Assembly: GCA_040755995.1 (NCBI GenBank)
Contig: JBFMAF010000024.1
Location: 192,001 to 256,000 of the forward strand
Reading direction: 5' to 3'
From: Acidobacteriota bacterium
Lineage (GTDB): Bacteria; Acidobacteriota; CAIWXX01
DNA: 64,000 bases
Shown: one piece after another, positions 1 through 10,334 of the stretch
Layout: each line of letters starts with the position of its first letter
Position numbering within the stretch: the first letter of the stretch is position 1
Position numbers and translations under genes: made by a program
Notes under the pieces: model-generated
The model's database searches: none
What the model was told of the DNA's origin: nothing
The model's input: only the letters and a program-made list of their open reading frames with translations

Positions 1-1
1 C

Positions 2-3000
2 CTGATCCAATCGCAGACTGACGCGCGCGGGCAGCAGACGACCTACACGTGGGATCCCGTCTACCCGAACCTCAAGAAGACATCCGGCCCGGGTGGTAGA
101 GAGATCATCACCGAGGCCGGCTATTTCAATCACCTCATCAATGGGATCACAGGAACCGATGAGAGTCCGGCTCCTTCGCCGGGATTCGACATGCAAAGCA
201 CTCGCACCGACGAGCTTGGGCGCACGACGACTTACAAGTGGGAAGCCCGTGGTCCGGCCCCCGACTTTGCCCCGCTCTATCGCTCGACAACGACCGATTT
301 CGCGGGCCGGTCGACCCAGCGATACATGCACCCGCGCATCCGCGGGCTCGAAGTGCTTCGAATCGAGCCCGATGGCTCCAGGATGCGGAACACGTACGAT
401 GCGGAAGAGGGACGACTCGTGCTGAAAGTGGAAGACCTGAGCGAGGCCGAAGGGTTTCGCGTCAAGGCCCAGTACACATACGAGCCCGCCTTCGACAAGG
501 TCGCAACGAGCACGGATCTCGGCGGGCACACGAGGAGCTACTCGTATAGCGAGAAGGGTGATCTCATCTCGACTCTGGACCCGCTGGGAAACGCCACAAA
601 CATGGGTTACGATGAGAAAGGCCGGCTGGCCTGGATCAGGGATGCCGAAGGGGCGATCACGAGATTCGAATACGATGAACGTGGCAATCGGACGAAGATC
701 ATGGATGCGCTCGGACGAATTACGACGATGACGTATGATGCCGCAGGCAACATGACGTCGCTGACCGATCCAGGCGGGAAGGTCACTCGCTGGGAGTACG
801 ACCTGGCGGGTCGGGTGACCGGTGTCACCGATCCGGCGGGAGGGGGGACTGTATACGAGTACGAGCCTGGAGGCGGATGCGCGAGCGGGTGCGGCAGCGG
901 CGGGGGCAGGGGTCTGCTCACCTCAATCACGGATCCGGCGGGTAACAAGACCACGTTCGAGTATGACGCTGCGGGCCGCTTGACGGCCGTAGTGAATCCG
1001 TTGGGGGGCCGGCGGGAATACGTGTACGATCAAGCGGGACGCCTGGTGAAGTCCAGGAACGCTCGTGGACAAGAGATCACGTACCAGTACGACGCCTCGA
1101 ACAATCTTGTTAGAAAGACCCTGCCGGACGAAGGCGACGTGGAGTACGTGTATGACAGCCTCAACCGGCTCACGCAGATGAGCGACGCGGACTCGATTCT
1201 CAGGTACGAGTACGCGGCGTTCACCGGCGCGGGCCCATACTGGTCGGAGGTGGGCTCGCAGCTCAAGGGATCGAAGATCATGGAATCATTCGGTCTGAAG
1301 GACGACCCGCGCTACTCGAAACAGGCATCCGGTGTCGCCAAGTACGGGCAGCAGACGGACTTCCAGGACCAGTCCGGCAACTGGCAGACAAGAATCGAGT
1401 TACCAGCCAAGATCCTCATGTTGGTGGATGCGGACGCAGCGCCGGGCGGTGTCGTTGGGATGGATTCTCAGGCGGAGTACGACAGTGCCCACAGGATCCT
1501 CCGTTCGGGCAGCACGTGCCCGAACGCCTCGTTCACGTATGACAAAGTCGGTCGCCGGAAGACGATGGAAGTGAGGGCAAGCTTCATGTGCGACCCATGC
1601 CCGCTGGGTTGCCGGGCCATGGGAGCAACACCATCCCCATCGAGGTCAGCCGCCCGCTCGATGTTGTGGTGCACGGGAAACGAGTGGAACAAGACTGCCT
1701 ACGAGTACGACGCCGCTGGGCTGCTGCAATCAATCGCTCAGACCTACAAATCAGACGACGGAACGATTGTACCGCTGGCGACCTATAGCTACGGCTATGA
1801 TCTCGCGGGAAATCGCACGTCGATGACGGATATGTCCGGGACGCATTCATACGGTTATGACGCGCGCTATCAGCTTACATCAGCTACGCACCCGACAGAG
1901 CCGACGGAATCCTTCAGTTACGACGCCACGGGCAACCGCACTGCGTCGCACATCTCGCCGTTCTACACATACAACAGGGCGAACCAGCTTCTGGAGGACG
2001 CGGAGTTCACGTACTCCTATGATCTCGACGGAAACTGCATCGGCAAGGTGAGCAAGCTCAACGGCGAGCGCCACGAGTACATCTTCAACTCGGAGAACCG
2101 GATGACAGGCTACCGCAAGCATGACATGAACAACGTCCTGCTCACCTCCGCGAGCTACTTCTACGACCCCCTCGGCCGTCGCATTGCCAAGGAAGTCGAT
2201 GGACTGCTGACGCGATACGTGTACCAGAACGAGGATATCTGGATGGTGATCGATCCGTACGATGCTTTCACGAGGATCATCCACGGCCCAGGCATAGACG
2301 AGCCCCTCATTCAAGTGGCTGGTGGTCAGGATACCCCGCCACGCACCGAGGCGGAACTCACGTACTACTTCGCCGATGGCCTAGGCACGATCCGCAACAC
2401 GGTCACGAAGCGCTGCTTCCTGCCCACCCAGCTCACCGCCTACGCCTACGACTCCTTCGGCCGGCCCACCGCGAGCACGACGCTCCCGACGGCCGCCCCC
2501 GCCTACGCCTTTACCGGCCGCGAGTGGGACGCCGAAAACGGGACCTACTACTTCAGGGCACGGCAGTTCCTCCCAGGGCTCGGGCGGTTCAGCAGCCCGG
2601 ATCCAGTCCAGCCGCTCGCGCGAGACGTGTACGTGTATGTACGGAACGACCCTCTTGCGTACACCGACCCGATGGGCCTTTGGGTGGTCACCGATCTGAC
2701 CGACCCGAGCAGGAACACCATTGTGTGTGACGGGAACGGTCGGATTGCCATTCAGCTGGGGGACGCCCGCTATGGAGATGCCCCGGATGAATGCGAAGGC
2801 CTCATCAAGACCTGCATGACCGTGCATGAGGGTGTGCACAAGTACCACGCGTGGTTCGAGAATCCACGCCTCTGTGCGGGCAAGAGCCCCGGACTAGTGA
2901 TTGATGCTTCCACCGGAGCACAGCAGAGATCTACAGAGCAGATAGCGCACTCCGCCGAGATTCGGTGCTTGGACGAGATGATGGCGAACAGAAAACGCAA

Positions 3001-3079
3001 GCCGGTCTGTGACAAGTGCTACGGATGGTTGATGATGAGAAAGCACTTCGTCGAGACGGACCTATCCAACTACAGGTAG
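2..3079 (+). CDS. Rhs/YD-repeat polymorphic toxin (5'-truncated by window edge); C-terminal HExxH metallopeptidase-like toxin domain (2681-3079)
   Basis: Frame is open from base 2 (LIQSQTDARGQQTTYTWD...). Many YD repeats; Rhs core end FTGREWD...GRFSSPDP...PLAYTDPMGL; CT contains HEGVH and a downstream EQIAH..E. Confidence 0.93.
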   Translation: MIQSQTDARGQQTTYTWDPVYPNLKKTSGPGGREIITEAGYFNHLINGITGTDESPAPSPGFDMQSTRTDELGRTTTYKWEARGPAPDFAPLYRSTTTDFAGRSTQRYMHPRIRGLEVLRIEPDGSRMRNTYDAEEGRLVLKVEDLSEAEGFRVKAQYTYEPAFDKVATSTDLGGHTRSYSYSEKGDLISTLDPLGNATNMGYDEKGRLAWIRDAEGAITRFEYDERGNRTKIMDALGRITTMTYDAAGNMTSLTDPGGKVTRWEYDLAGRVTGVTDPAGGGTVYEYEPGGGCASGCGSGGGRGLLTSITDPAGNKTTFEYDAAGRLTAVVNPLGGRREYVYDQAGRLVKSRNARGQEITYQYDASNNLVRKTLPDEGDVEYVYDSLNRLTQMSDADSILRYEYAAFTGAGPYWSEVGSQLKGSKIMESFGLKDDPRYSKQASGVAKYGQQTDFQDQSGNWQTRIELPAKILMLVDADAAPGGVVGMDSQAEYDSAHRILRSGSTCPNASFTYDKVGRRKTMEVRASFMCDPCPLGCRAMGATPSPSRSAARSMLWCTGNEWNKTAYEYDAAGLLQSIAQTYKSDDGTIVPLATYSYGYDLAGNRTSMTDMSGTHSYGYDARYQLTSATHPTEPTESFSYDATGNRTASHISPFYTYNRANQLLEDAEFTYSYDLDGNCIGKVSKLNGERHEYIFNSENRMTGYRKHDMNNVLLTSASYFYDPLGRRIAKEVDGLLTRYVYQNEDIWMVIDPYDAFTRIIHGPGIDEPLIQVAGGQDTPPRTEAELTYYFADGLGTIRNTVTKRCFLPTQLTAYAYDSFGRPTASTTLPTAAPAYAFTGREWDAENGTYYFRARQFLPGLGRFSSPDPVQPLARDVYVYVRNDPLAYTDPMGLWVVTDLTDPSRNTIVCDGNGRIAIQLGDARYGDAPDECEGLIKTCMTVHEGVHKYHAWFENPRLCAGKSPGLVIDASTGAQQRSTEQIAHSAEIRCLDEMMANRKRKPVCDKCYGWLMMRKHFVETDLSNYR
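1919..2537 (+). repeat. Rhs core segment repeated at 5991-6609, partly at ~8158-8410 and degenerately at ~10335-10466
   Basis: Direct sequence comparison; most differences are synonymous. Confidence 0.9.
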
Positions 3080-3086
3080 CACAGCG

Positions 3087-3566
3087 ATGATCACGCCTGC
3101 ATTCGTTCTTGCGTTTGCTATGATCCAACTAGGTCCAGTCCCCGTCCCCCAGACGCAGGAGACCCGTGGAGAGCTGACCTTGACAGTCCGCGTCGACCCC
3201 AAACGGCCACTCACGCTCGATATCAGAATAGTGAACCTGGGCACCTCAGAGTTGGTGCTCGAGCGCGGGTGGCTACCCTGGGCCAGCAGGTATAACATGA
3301 AGCTGGTTGCGGTGAAGGACGACATATACCCAACGGTGCTTCGGCAGCGCTACAGCATCGACGATCCGCTCGGTGGGCACGTGAGGCTGCCACCTACGCA
3401 GGTACTCTCTGGCGAGATCGACTTGGCTAGGCGCTTCCCGGACATCGTGAAGGCACTCAAAGGGATCGACGTCATTCTCTTCTGGCACTGCGTCGTGAAG
3501 GACCCCGATGCGCGCCCGCTCGGCACGTTCGGTGGCTGGCTGCTTCTCCCGCAATGCCCGCGTTGA
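3087..3566 (+). CDS. Putative exported immunity protein for Rhs CT1
   Basis: Starts 7 nt after the toxin stop; hydrophobic N-terminal signal-like segment. Immunity role inferred from position only. Confidence 0.65.
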   Translation: MITPAFVLAFAMIQLGPVPVPQTQETRGELTLTVRVDPKRPLTLDIRIVNLGTSELVLERGWLPWASRYNMKLVAVKDDIYPTVLRQRYSIDDPLGGHVRLPPTQVLSGEIDLARRFPDIVKALKGIDVILFWHCVVKDPDARPLGTFGGWLLLPQCPR

Positions 3567-3678
3567 GCCCCTCGACGACCTCGGGTAACCAAGGCAACAA
3601 GACGACGTACGATTATCTCTGAGAATGTCAACCTCCTTTCTTGGCATGTTGTTGATTCTCTGTGGATTTCTCGTGGTT

Positions 3679-4296
3679 TTATCCGAGGGTCTCGGGGTGC
3701 CTCCGTAAGGCGGTTCGCAGGAGAGCCCTGTTGAGAGTGCGATGAGCGTATCGACGGGTATCGTTGCCTCGGCGAGGCTGAGCGGAGTTGACGAACATGG
3801 TCAGCACCGAGGAGGGATCTGCGCCGGTTTCGAGCATGGAGCAGACCCAGGCCCACTCGCGGCCTGATGGGCTGGTGTCGCGTCCAAGGACAGGAGAAGG
3901 TCGGAAGCTGGTTCGGGCACTCTGAAGGGCGGTGGGAATGCGGAGTGCCGGTGCAGGATTCCAGGTCCTGGGCGTTGCGGATGCCCCGAGCACGTTGACC
4001 CAGGTTCCGCTGCGCTTCCAGTTCTTGAATCCGGCCAGGCGTCCGAGATGCTCGCCCGATACTGAGCGAGGGTTCGAAGCGGTTCGGGCGGCCAGCCAAG
4101 CTTGCGCCGCTGTGCGTTCGCATTGGTCGAGGGCGCGGTCGGCGCGCAGCCAGAGGTGGCAGCCGCCCGCTGGCGAGGTGTGGACAGCGAGTGCGGCATA
4201 CGCTCGGATGACGCGGCGCGTCATAGCGATCGAGACGTCATCCAGGAAGAGCAGGGGCCAGGAGCAGTCGGGTGCGCTGCAGGAGACGCCGTTCAC
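3679..4296 (-). pseudogene. RepB'-type DNA primase (RSF1010-like AEP), N-terminally truncated
   Basis: Motifs LFLDDV, HTSP..CHLW, HLGRLAGFKNWK and YAHRTLNRA parallel RepB' LVDDL, ETSPKNYQAW, HYGRLAGFTNRK and YIERTVSKV. The 5' end overlaps the IS110 transposase tail. Confidence 0.75.
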
Positions 4297-5497
4297 CTGC
4301 GGGCAGTGTATTTACGGTGCGGGAGGGAGGTAGGCCCTCGCTGGAGTAGACCGCATTGAGAGCGGGGCGGAGCCGTGTCGGCTGGCCGCTGCCGCAGCAT
4401 GCAGGCTTCGGCTGACCCTTCGCGGGCCCAGTGCGGCGCGGCACCCCGGTGACACGGACCCGGAGTGCGCTGAGCTTGTTCTGAGTGGGCTGTGACTGGG
4501 CATAGCGGTAGGGCTCATTGTTCCGAAGCATGTGCCAGGCGACCGTCACCAATTTGCGAGCTGTAGCCACGACAGCCACATTGCGGTTCTTCCGCGCGGC
4601 GAGACGTCTGAAGAAGTGCCCCAGAGGTCCCGGGTGACTGGCCACGTGCTGCGCGGCCTGAACCAGCATCCAGCGGGCGTGGCTGCGGCCTCTCTTGGTG
4701 ATAGGTCCGTGGTAGACCTTGTCGTCGGAAGCCCGCGTGGAGGGAACGAGGCCGAGGTAGCCGGCCGCGCGATCCGGATTCTGGAAGCGGCTGATATCAC
4801 CGAGTGCTGACATCAGGCTCAGCGCCGCCGGGTAGTCGTGCCCGGGCAGCGTCATCAGAAGGCGCACACGGTCGTCCTGATATGCTCTCTCGGCGAGCAG
4901 CTGGTCATGCGCGGCGATCTCCTCCTCGGGGGTTGCGGGTTGTCGCCTCCACCGGTCCACCTCTATGCGCACCCCTTCAGGCAATGCCGCACTCGCGAGC
5001 CATTCGCGTCCCTTCTTGCTGAACAGATCGGCTACCGGCACCGGAATCAGTCTGCCGGCCAGTGCCGAATGGATCCGGTTCTTAAGACGCGTCCGGTCAG
5101 CAACCAGCGCAGCGTGGATGCTCATCTCTTTGCGAATTCCCTGAGCCCGCTCGTCCGGTTCCCACACCGCCGGCAGATACCCGCTCCGAAGTAGCCGAGC
5201 CAGAACAAGCGCGTCGATCTTGTCGGTCTTGATCTTCGCTGAGGCAATCGCGCGCGTCAGCAGCGGGTTGCTCACCGTCACCTTCCGGACGTACCGCTTC
5301 AGAATCGCGACTACAGCCCAGGTGTTGGTCGTTGCCTCCAGAACGACCTCGTCCTCAGGCCGCAGTCGATGCTTTGCAAATCTTTCGATCTGCTCCAGCG
5401 TGCAGGGAATCCGCGTCTGCACCTCCTCGGCACCCTCGCCCAAGATGCAGACCTGCGCCGTCTTCTTGTGGACATCCATTCCCACGTGGCGTACCAT
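4238..5497 (-). mobile_element. IS110-family transposase/recombinase (DEDD RuvC-like + Transposase_20)
   Basis: GMDVHK, VLEAT and KTDKIDA supply the DEDD residues; YLGLVPS..AS and AVVATARKL are present; ATG 5497 preceded by AAAGGAAG. The C-terminal end may be truncated. Confidence 0.92.
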
Positions 5498-5512
5498 TAG
5501 AGAGTCTTCCTT

Positions 5513-5723
5513 TCTGGGAGTGCGCGGGTGGCCTGGATGAACCACTGGCTCGTGAAGCCGCTGTGGTCCACCCTGGTTTGCGAAAGGGCCGAATGGCACC
5601 TATCTCTTCGAGCTTTGTGCTCACCCGGGTGGGCCGTTGGGGCGGCCAAATACGACGGCGGGCTTTGTGCCCATAGCTGAACTCGGCCGGCCCCGTGATG
5701 AACGGCCCCCTCGCACTCCCGGA
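5513..5723 (-). ncRNA. Candidate IS110 bridge-RNA-like structured non-coding region
   Basis: Closing stem GGGAGUGCG-A-GGG-GGCC / GGCC-A-CCC-G-CGCACUCCC; internal hairpins GGGC-ACAAA-GCCC, GAGC-ACAAA-GCUC and GGCU-UCACG-AGCC; lies directly upstream of the IS110 transposase. Confidence 0.55.
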
Positions 5724-5990
5724 TGTTTCGGCGTTTATCCATCACGCCCCTCTCCCGGTAATGGAAGAATGACGCAACAGGTCCCCGCCGATCAACCCGA
5801 GACGCAAGCCTGTAGAAAATCCTCTGCCGCAGTGCGTCATGCCCCCCCGTGCCCCCGCCCTCACCTCGCACTCTGCATGACCGCGGCACTCTGGTGCTCC
5901 CTATCCCACCTCCACGCCTCCATCCCCACACCGCGTGATCGCCTCCACACGCTCTCACCATCGCCAGTCGCATGGCATTCTCATACCAGG

Positions 5991-7178
5991 TACGACCCGA
6001 CAGGCAACCGGACCGCATCTCACATCTCGGCTTTCTACACGTACAACAGGGCGAACCAGCTTCTCGAGGACGCGGAGTTCACGTACTCTTATGATCTCGA
6101 CGGAAACTGCATCGGCAAGGTGAGCAAGCTCACGGGAGAGCGCCACGAGTACATCTTCAACTCAGAGAACCGGATGACAGGCTACCGCAAGCATGACATC
6201 AACAACATCCTGCTCACCTCCGCGAGCTACTTCTATGATCCCCTCGGGCGTCGCATCGCCAAGGAAGTCGATGGACTGCTGACGCGATACGTGTACCAGA
6301 ACGAGGACATCTGGATGGTGATCGATCCGTACGATGCTTTCACGCGGATCGTGCACGGCCCGGGCATTCATGAGCCCCTCGTTCACGTGGCTGGTGGTCA
6401 GGATACCCCGCCACGCACCGAGGCGGAACTCACGTACTACTTCGCCGATGGCCTAGGCACGATCCGCAACACGGTCACGAAGCGCTGCTTCCTGCCCACC
6501 CAGCTCACCGCCTACGCCTACGACTCCTTCGGCCGGCCCACCGCGAGCACGACGCTCCCGACGGCCGCCCCCGCCTACGCCTTTACCGGCCGCGAGTGGG
6601 ACGCCGAAAGCGAAACTTACTTCTATCGCGCGCGCCAGTACGACCCGCGCATCGGGAGATTCGCCAGCGAGGACCCGGTTGCGGTAGCACCTTTCTATGC
6701 CTACGCAGCAAGTAGTCCGACAATGTTCACTGATCCATCAGGCGGGGTCACTGTAGACGTCAAGCACCATTATCAAGTGGTTACCTGGATCGACATGCTG
6801 TGGCACTGCTACCCTGAACGAGCGCGCATGGGCGCTATAATGGGCAGTTTGTCCAGCTTCCCATGGGGATGCACCAAGTCGCGCATACGTGTCACCTGCG
6901 ACTGCTGCGGGAAAACCGCCAGCGTCTTCGTGAAAGGGAGAGTACAAGTGTGGGCATATGGCGGCCAAGTGTTGGCCGAAGAGGTGAGGGTGCACGCTGA
7001 CCCGCTTCTGAAGCAGCTAACGAGGATAGCCCTGAAGGGACAACTGGTGGAGGCTGTCAGCTATCCAACGCCTGAGGCCTGTGAGAGCGCTTGCCAGAGC
7101 TTCGAGGAATGGGCTTGGTGGTTCATCAACGTCGCCGGAAGCGCCGAGGCCGATCACCAGCGTCGTCCGCACAGCTGA
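5991..7178 (+). pseudogene. Orphan Rhs module 2: duplicated Rhs core 3' end + Cys-rich CT (6747-7178)
   Basis: 5991-6609 is a near-identical copy of 1919-2537; ends PTMFTDPSGG and then a different CT; no credible start codon. Confidence 0.88.
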
Positions 7179-7426
7179 AAACTTCGGATGCATATACCTG
7201 TGAGTCGGAGCCTTGTGCCGATCAAGCATGACCGGCACCCTTACCCTCGGCCTGGGATCGAGAGTCCGGACACGACCGTGGGCGTGGTTTCCAGTCACAC
7301 CGATGCCGAATCGCTTGCGGCATCTGGGCCATCTGCATCGGCTCTTTCGAGTCGTATAGGCAATGCGCCCGGATGGCCACCCTCCCGAACAACCACCAAC
7401 AAAGGCATGAGGAAGGAGCACGACGA

Positions 7427-8143
7427 ATGGATATCAGTCTGTTCCACATGACTGAGCACACACAAGTCCCGGGCCTGTTTCTGGGCCTCATCTCCTCGCT
7501 CCTCGTACTTGCTTGGGCGGTCTCCAGAGCCGTTCGCCAGCTGAGGTCCCGAACCGGTCCGTCTGATGTCGAATCATGGCCACTTACAGGCTTGTTGGCT
7601 ATGTCGACATCCGCAGCCTCTGCAATCGCCGACCTCCACTCCTGGCTCGCTGAGGTTGAAAAGTATGGGGTTCAACGGGACGTAGCGGCGATCGGATTGG
7701 CGCAGTCGCTGACCTTCCTGCTTTGGGGCCTGGTCTGCGCCGCCCTGGTCGCTTCAATGGGGGTGGCCGTTGCACGAGTGCAGGGACGGAGTAACGCGGT
7801 GCTGAACAGAACATCGGTGGCATCCCACCCCCTCCGACCGACTGCCATTCTTGGATCTCTCGTCCTACTCGCGGTAGTGGCTGATATTACGATCGCCCAT
7901 TGGGTGATTGCTGACTTCCGCATACCCACGATAGCCGGCGCACGACTTGTCTCAGCGTATGGAACCATCGGCCTCATATTCCTGTCGGGTGTCCTCGGTG
8001 CCATGTGCTGGTGTGGGATGAGCAAGTGGCCCACAGCTCACGGGCAAGTTACCAACGGGCGTCTGACCCGCTTGTTGACCGCGATTGCTGCTGTTGCATT
8101 CGCGCTGGCTGTCTACGTTTTCATTACCGTCGGCGGTGTGTAA
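7427..8143 (+). CDS. Multi-pass membrane protein, candidate immunity gene
   Basis: ATG 7427 with AAGGAG SD; about six hydrophobic segments; lies between orphan Rhs modules. Confidence 0.6.
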   Translation: MDISLFHMTEHTQVPGLFLGLISSLLVLAWAVSRAVRQLRSRTGPSDVESWPLTGLLAMSTSAASAIADLHSWLAEVEKYGVQRDVAAIGLAQSLTFLLWGLVCAALVASMGVAVARVQGRSNAVLNRTSVASHPLRPTAILGSLVLLAVVADITIAHWVIADFRIPTIAGARLVSAYGTIGLIFLSGVLGAMCWCGMSKWPTAHGQVTNGRLTRLLTAIAAVAFALAVYVFITVGGV

Positions 8144-8157
8144 GGGATACTCACGAG

Positions 8158-8869
8158 GCACGGGGCAAGCGTGACCCATGGCCCATATGTATGGTGCTCG
8201 GGATACCACGCAGCGCACCGAGCTGGACTACACGTATGTTTAGCCGATGGCCCAGGCACGATCCGCAACACGGTCACGAAACGCTGCTACCTGCCCACCC
8301 AGCCCACCGCCTACGCCTACGACTCCTTCGGCCAACCCACCGCGAGCACCACGCTCCCCACGGCCGCCCCCGCCTACGCCTTTACCGGCCGCGAGTGGGA
8401 CGCCGAAAGCGAAACCTACTTCTATCGGGCGCGTCACTATGACGCGAGAACGGGGAGGTTCACCGGAGAGGATCCACTTCCGGATGTCAATCTCTATGCA
8501 TATGTGAAGAACAACCCGGTCAAGTACATCGATCCATATGGTATGAGCGACTGCGCTCTTGAGTTCAGGAACTGCCTTTCCGATGCCAACGCAGCCTTTT
8601 CGGCGTGCATGGAAGGAGCACGCAGGGGATTCTTGATATGCTCCTTTGCAGCGGTGCTCATGTGTTCGACGCTGGGCCCAGAAGCGTTCCCGCTGTGCTT
8701 TAAGCTAGCCGAGGGCGCATGCATTGTAGGCTATACAGCCACTGTGGCGTTCTGTGGTGTCAAATTGGTCACAGACAACGCGATTTGCCTGGCGAACTAC
8801 ATCAAATGCCGTTATGAGGAGAAGCACGGGAAGTGCGAGATCAAGCAGCGCAGGGGCGGTAAGGCATGA
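8158..8869 (+). pseudogene. Orphan Rhs module 3: frameshifted core remnant + hydrophobic Cys-ladder CT (8546-8869)
   Basis: ADGPGTIRNTVTKRC...FTGREWD...NPVKYIDPYGM; the upstream HGASV/PMAH/DTTQRTE segments align to the core only with frameshifts. Confidence 0.85.
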
Positions 8870-8973
8870 GGCCAACCGCGCAGCAATCTGCCAGAGCCCG
8901 CCTGACTGCTATCGGGGCGAGCATGAGAGCTTTTGGGGTCCGGGACCACTGCCAGCGAGAGGAGTCATAAGAG

Positions 8974-9381
8974 ATGAAGATCCCGCAAAAGAGACTCTTC
9001 CTACTAATAGGATTCTTATGTGCAATCCTCGGATACGGCGTTGTGGCGCCGTTGATCCACTCGGGCTCCCTCTCGCCCCACGGAGAGGCCATTTTCGATC
9101 TGCTGCTACTGCTGGTTGTGTCGTGCCTTACCACGAGGTCACAGAAGGGCGTCATTTGCATTGTCATGGCGTGCATTGTCATCTACACCTATCAAGCGGT
9201 GGAGAGCCTCCTGCTTCCCCATTTCCCAAGCCTCGGCGTAGCGCTGCTGGGGTTGCTATCGGTCTTGGCAGGCGTCTTGATCGCGACGGGGGCCATCCAG
9301 ATACTGCTTGAAGTCGTCAGGATCATCAAAGGCCGTGGGGGCCCTCCTTTCGGGTCAACCCTGTCGGGCCCGCGCGTGTAA
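8974..9381 (+). CDS. Small 4-TM membrane protein, candidate immunity for CT3
   Basis: 135 aa with four hydrophobic stretches; downstream of CT3; GAGGAG upstream of the start. Confidence 0.6.
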   Translation: MKIPQKRLFLLIGFLCAILGYGVVAPLIHSGSLSPHGEAIFDLLLLLVVSCLTTRSQKGVICIVMACIVIYTYQAVESLLLPHFPSLGVALLGLLSVLAGVLIATGAIQILLEVVRIIKGRGGPPFGSTLSGPRV

Positions 9382-9422
9382 CCTGCATTCTGACAGGAGT
9401 AGCTGGTGACAGCGGGGTCAGA

Positions 9423-9713
9423 TCATGCCTGGTATGACCTTGGTCTGGGACGAGTGGTGGCCAGCGGAAGCTGCGTTGGCCTACCGGCCAGCGCTCTTTG
9501 GGATTCTTGAGGATCGACGAAGTCGGTCGTCTGATTCTTGGCGATGACGGCGTAGATGAGTTCGACCACCATCTCATGGTGGTGGCGGTGTAGTTGATCC
9601 ATCCTTCGGAGTCGTTCGAGTAACAAGACGCTCTTCACCGGCGGTTCTGGGTCGGCATCGGGCTTCCCGCGCAGCAGCGTGTCCACCGATACGCGAAGCT
9701 GCTCGACAAGCAC
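9423..9713 (-). pseudogene. C-terminal remnant of an XRE-family regulator
   Basis: LRVSVDTLL.G...LLERLRRMDQL....EMVVELIYAVI resembles XRE regulator C-termini; the N-terminal HTH is absent. Confidence 0.5.
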
Positions 9714-9771
9714 CGCATCCGGCGCGTCGTCCTGGCGCGCTGATCGAGAGCTCGAGCGCGAGCGGCTCCAG

Positions 9772-9945
9772 ATGAAAGTGCGCGGCCGCTATCCTGAAGC
9801 GTGCCAGGCGCGCGGGCTCGCCCCGAGAACGCTCGAAATGCGCCCGCCAGTACCTGCGACCACTCGCGCATCGACACAACCGAAATCTACACGCAGGTCG
9901 ATGTCTCCGACCTCTCCGACGTCCTCGCACGCACGCATCCGCGCT
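9772..9945 (+). pseudogene. XerC/D-like tyrosine recombinase with large internal deletion
   Basis: An N-terminal-like segment (ARGLAPRTLE) is joined to the box II tail HSRIDTTEIYTQVDVSDL..V...THP, which contains the catalytic Tyr. Confidence 0.7.
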
Positions 9946-10334
9946 GCAGACCGCAGCACTCATGGCAGCGAAAGAAAAAGCGGCAGGCGCTTGCCGAGGC
10001 ATCCGGAGCCGCGTATACTCGGCTCATCAGCAGCTGCAGGAGAGGCCAGGAGATGAGCTCCACATCGAGGATTGCTCATTCCTTCGCTGCGACCTCCGGA
10101 GGAGCGCTGCTTCCCAGTGGCGTCGGCAAGCGCGCCAGGGCTGGGGATCGCACCGAAGCTGGTGCCGCTTCATCTTCTTCTTTCGCTGCTCGCAGCGCTG
10201 TCTATGCCGCAGTGCGTCAGTCAGCAGAATCAACGACTTCGCCCGCAGCGCCGGGCGCTGCCGGCACCGTTCGTCCGAGCCAAGTGGTTGATTCTACGCT
10301 GTCGTGCGAGGCGGGAAGTTGCCTGCAGCATCTA

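Noticed and set aside
5637..5990. N-terminal extension of the 513-aa ORF
   Set aside because: It reads through the IS110 end region; Rhs homology starts only at 5991.
1919..6609. Rhs duplicate pair as a DGR template/variable repeat
   Set aside because: Differences are mostly synonymous and not adenine-specific; no reverse transcriptase is present.
7179..7426. Possible fifth Rhs CT remnant (YTCESEPC...HDRG...CRIAC)
   Set aside because: Interrupted by a stop, has no Rhs core homology, and the resemblance to CT2 is too weak to call.
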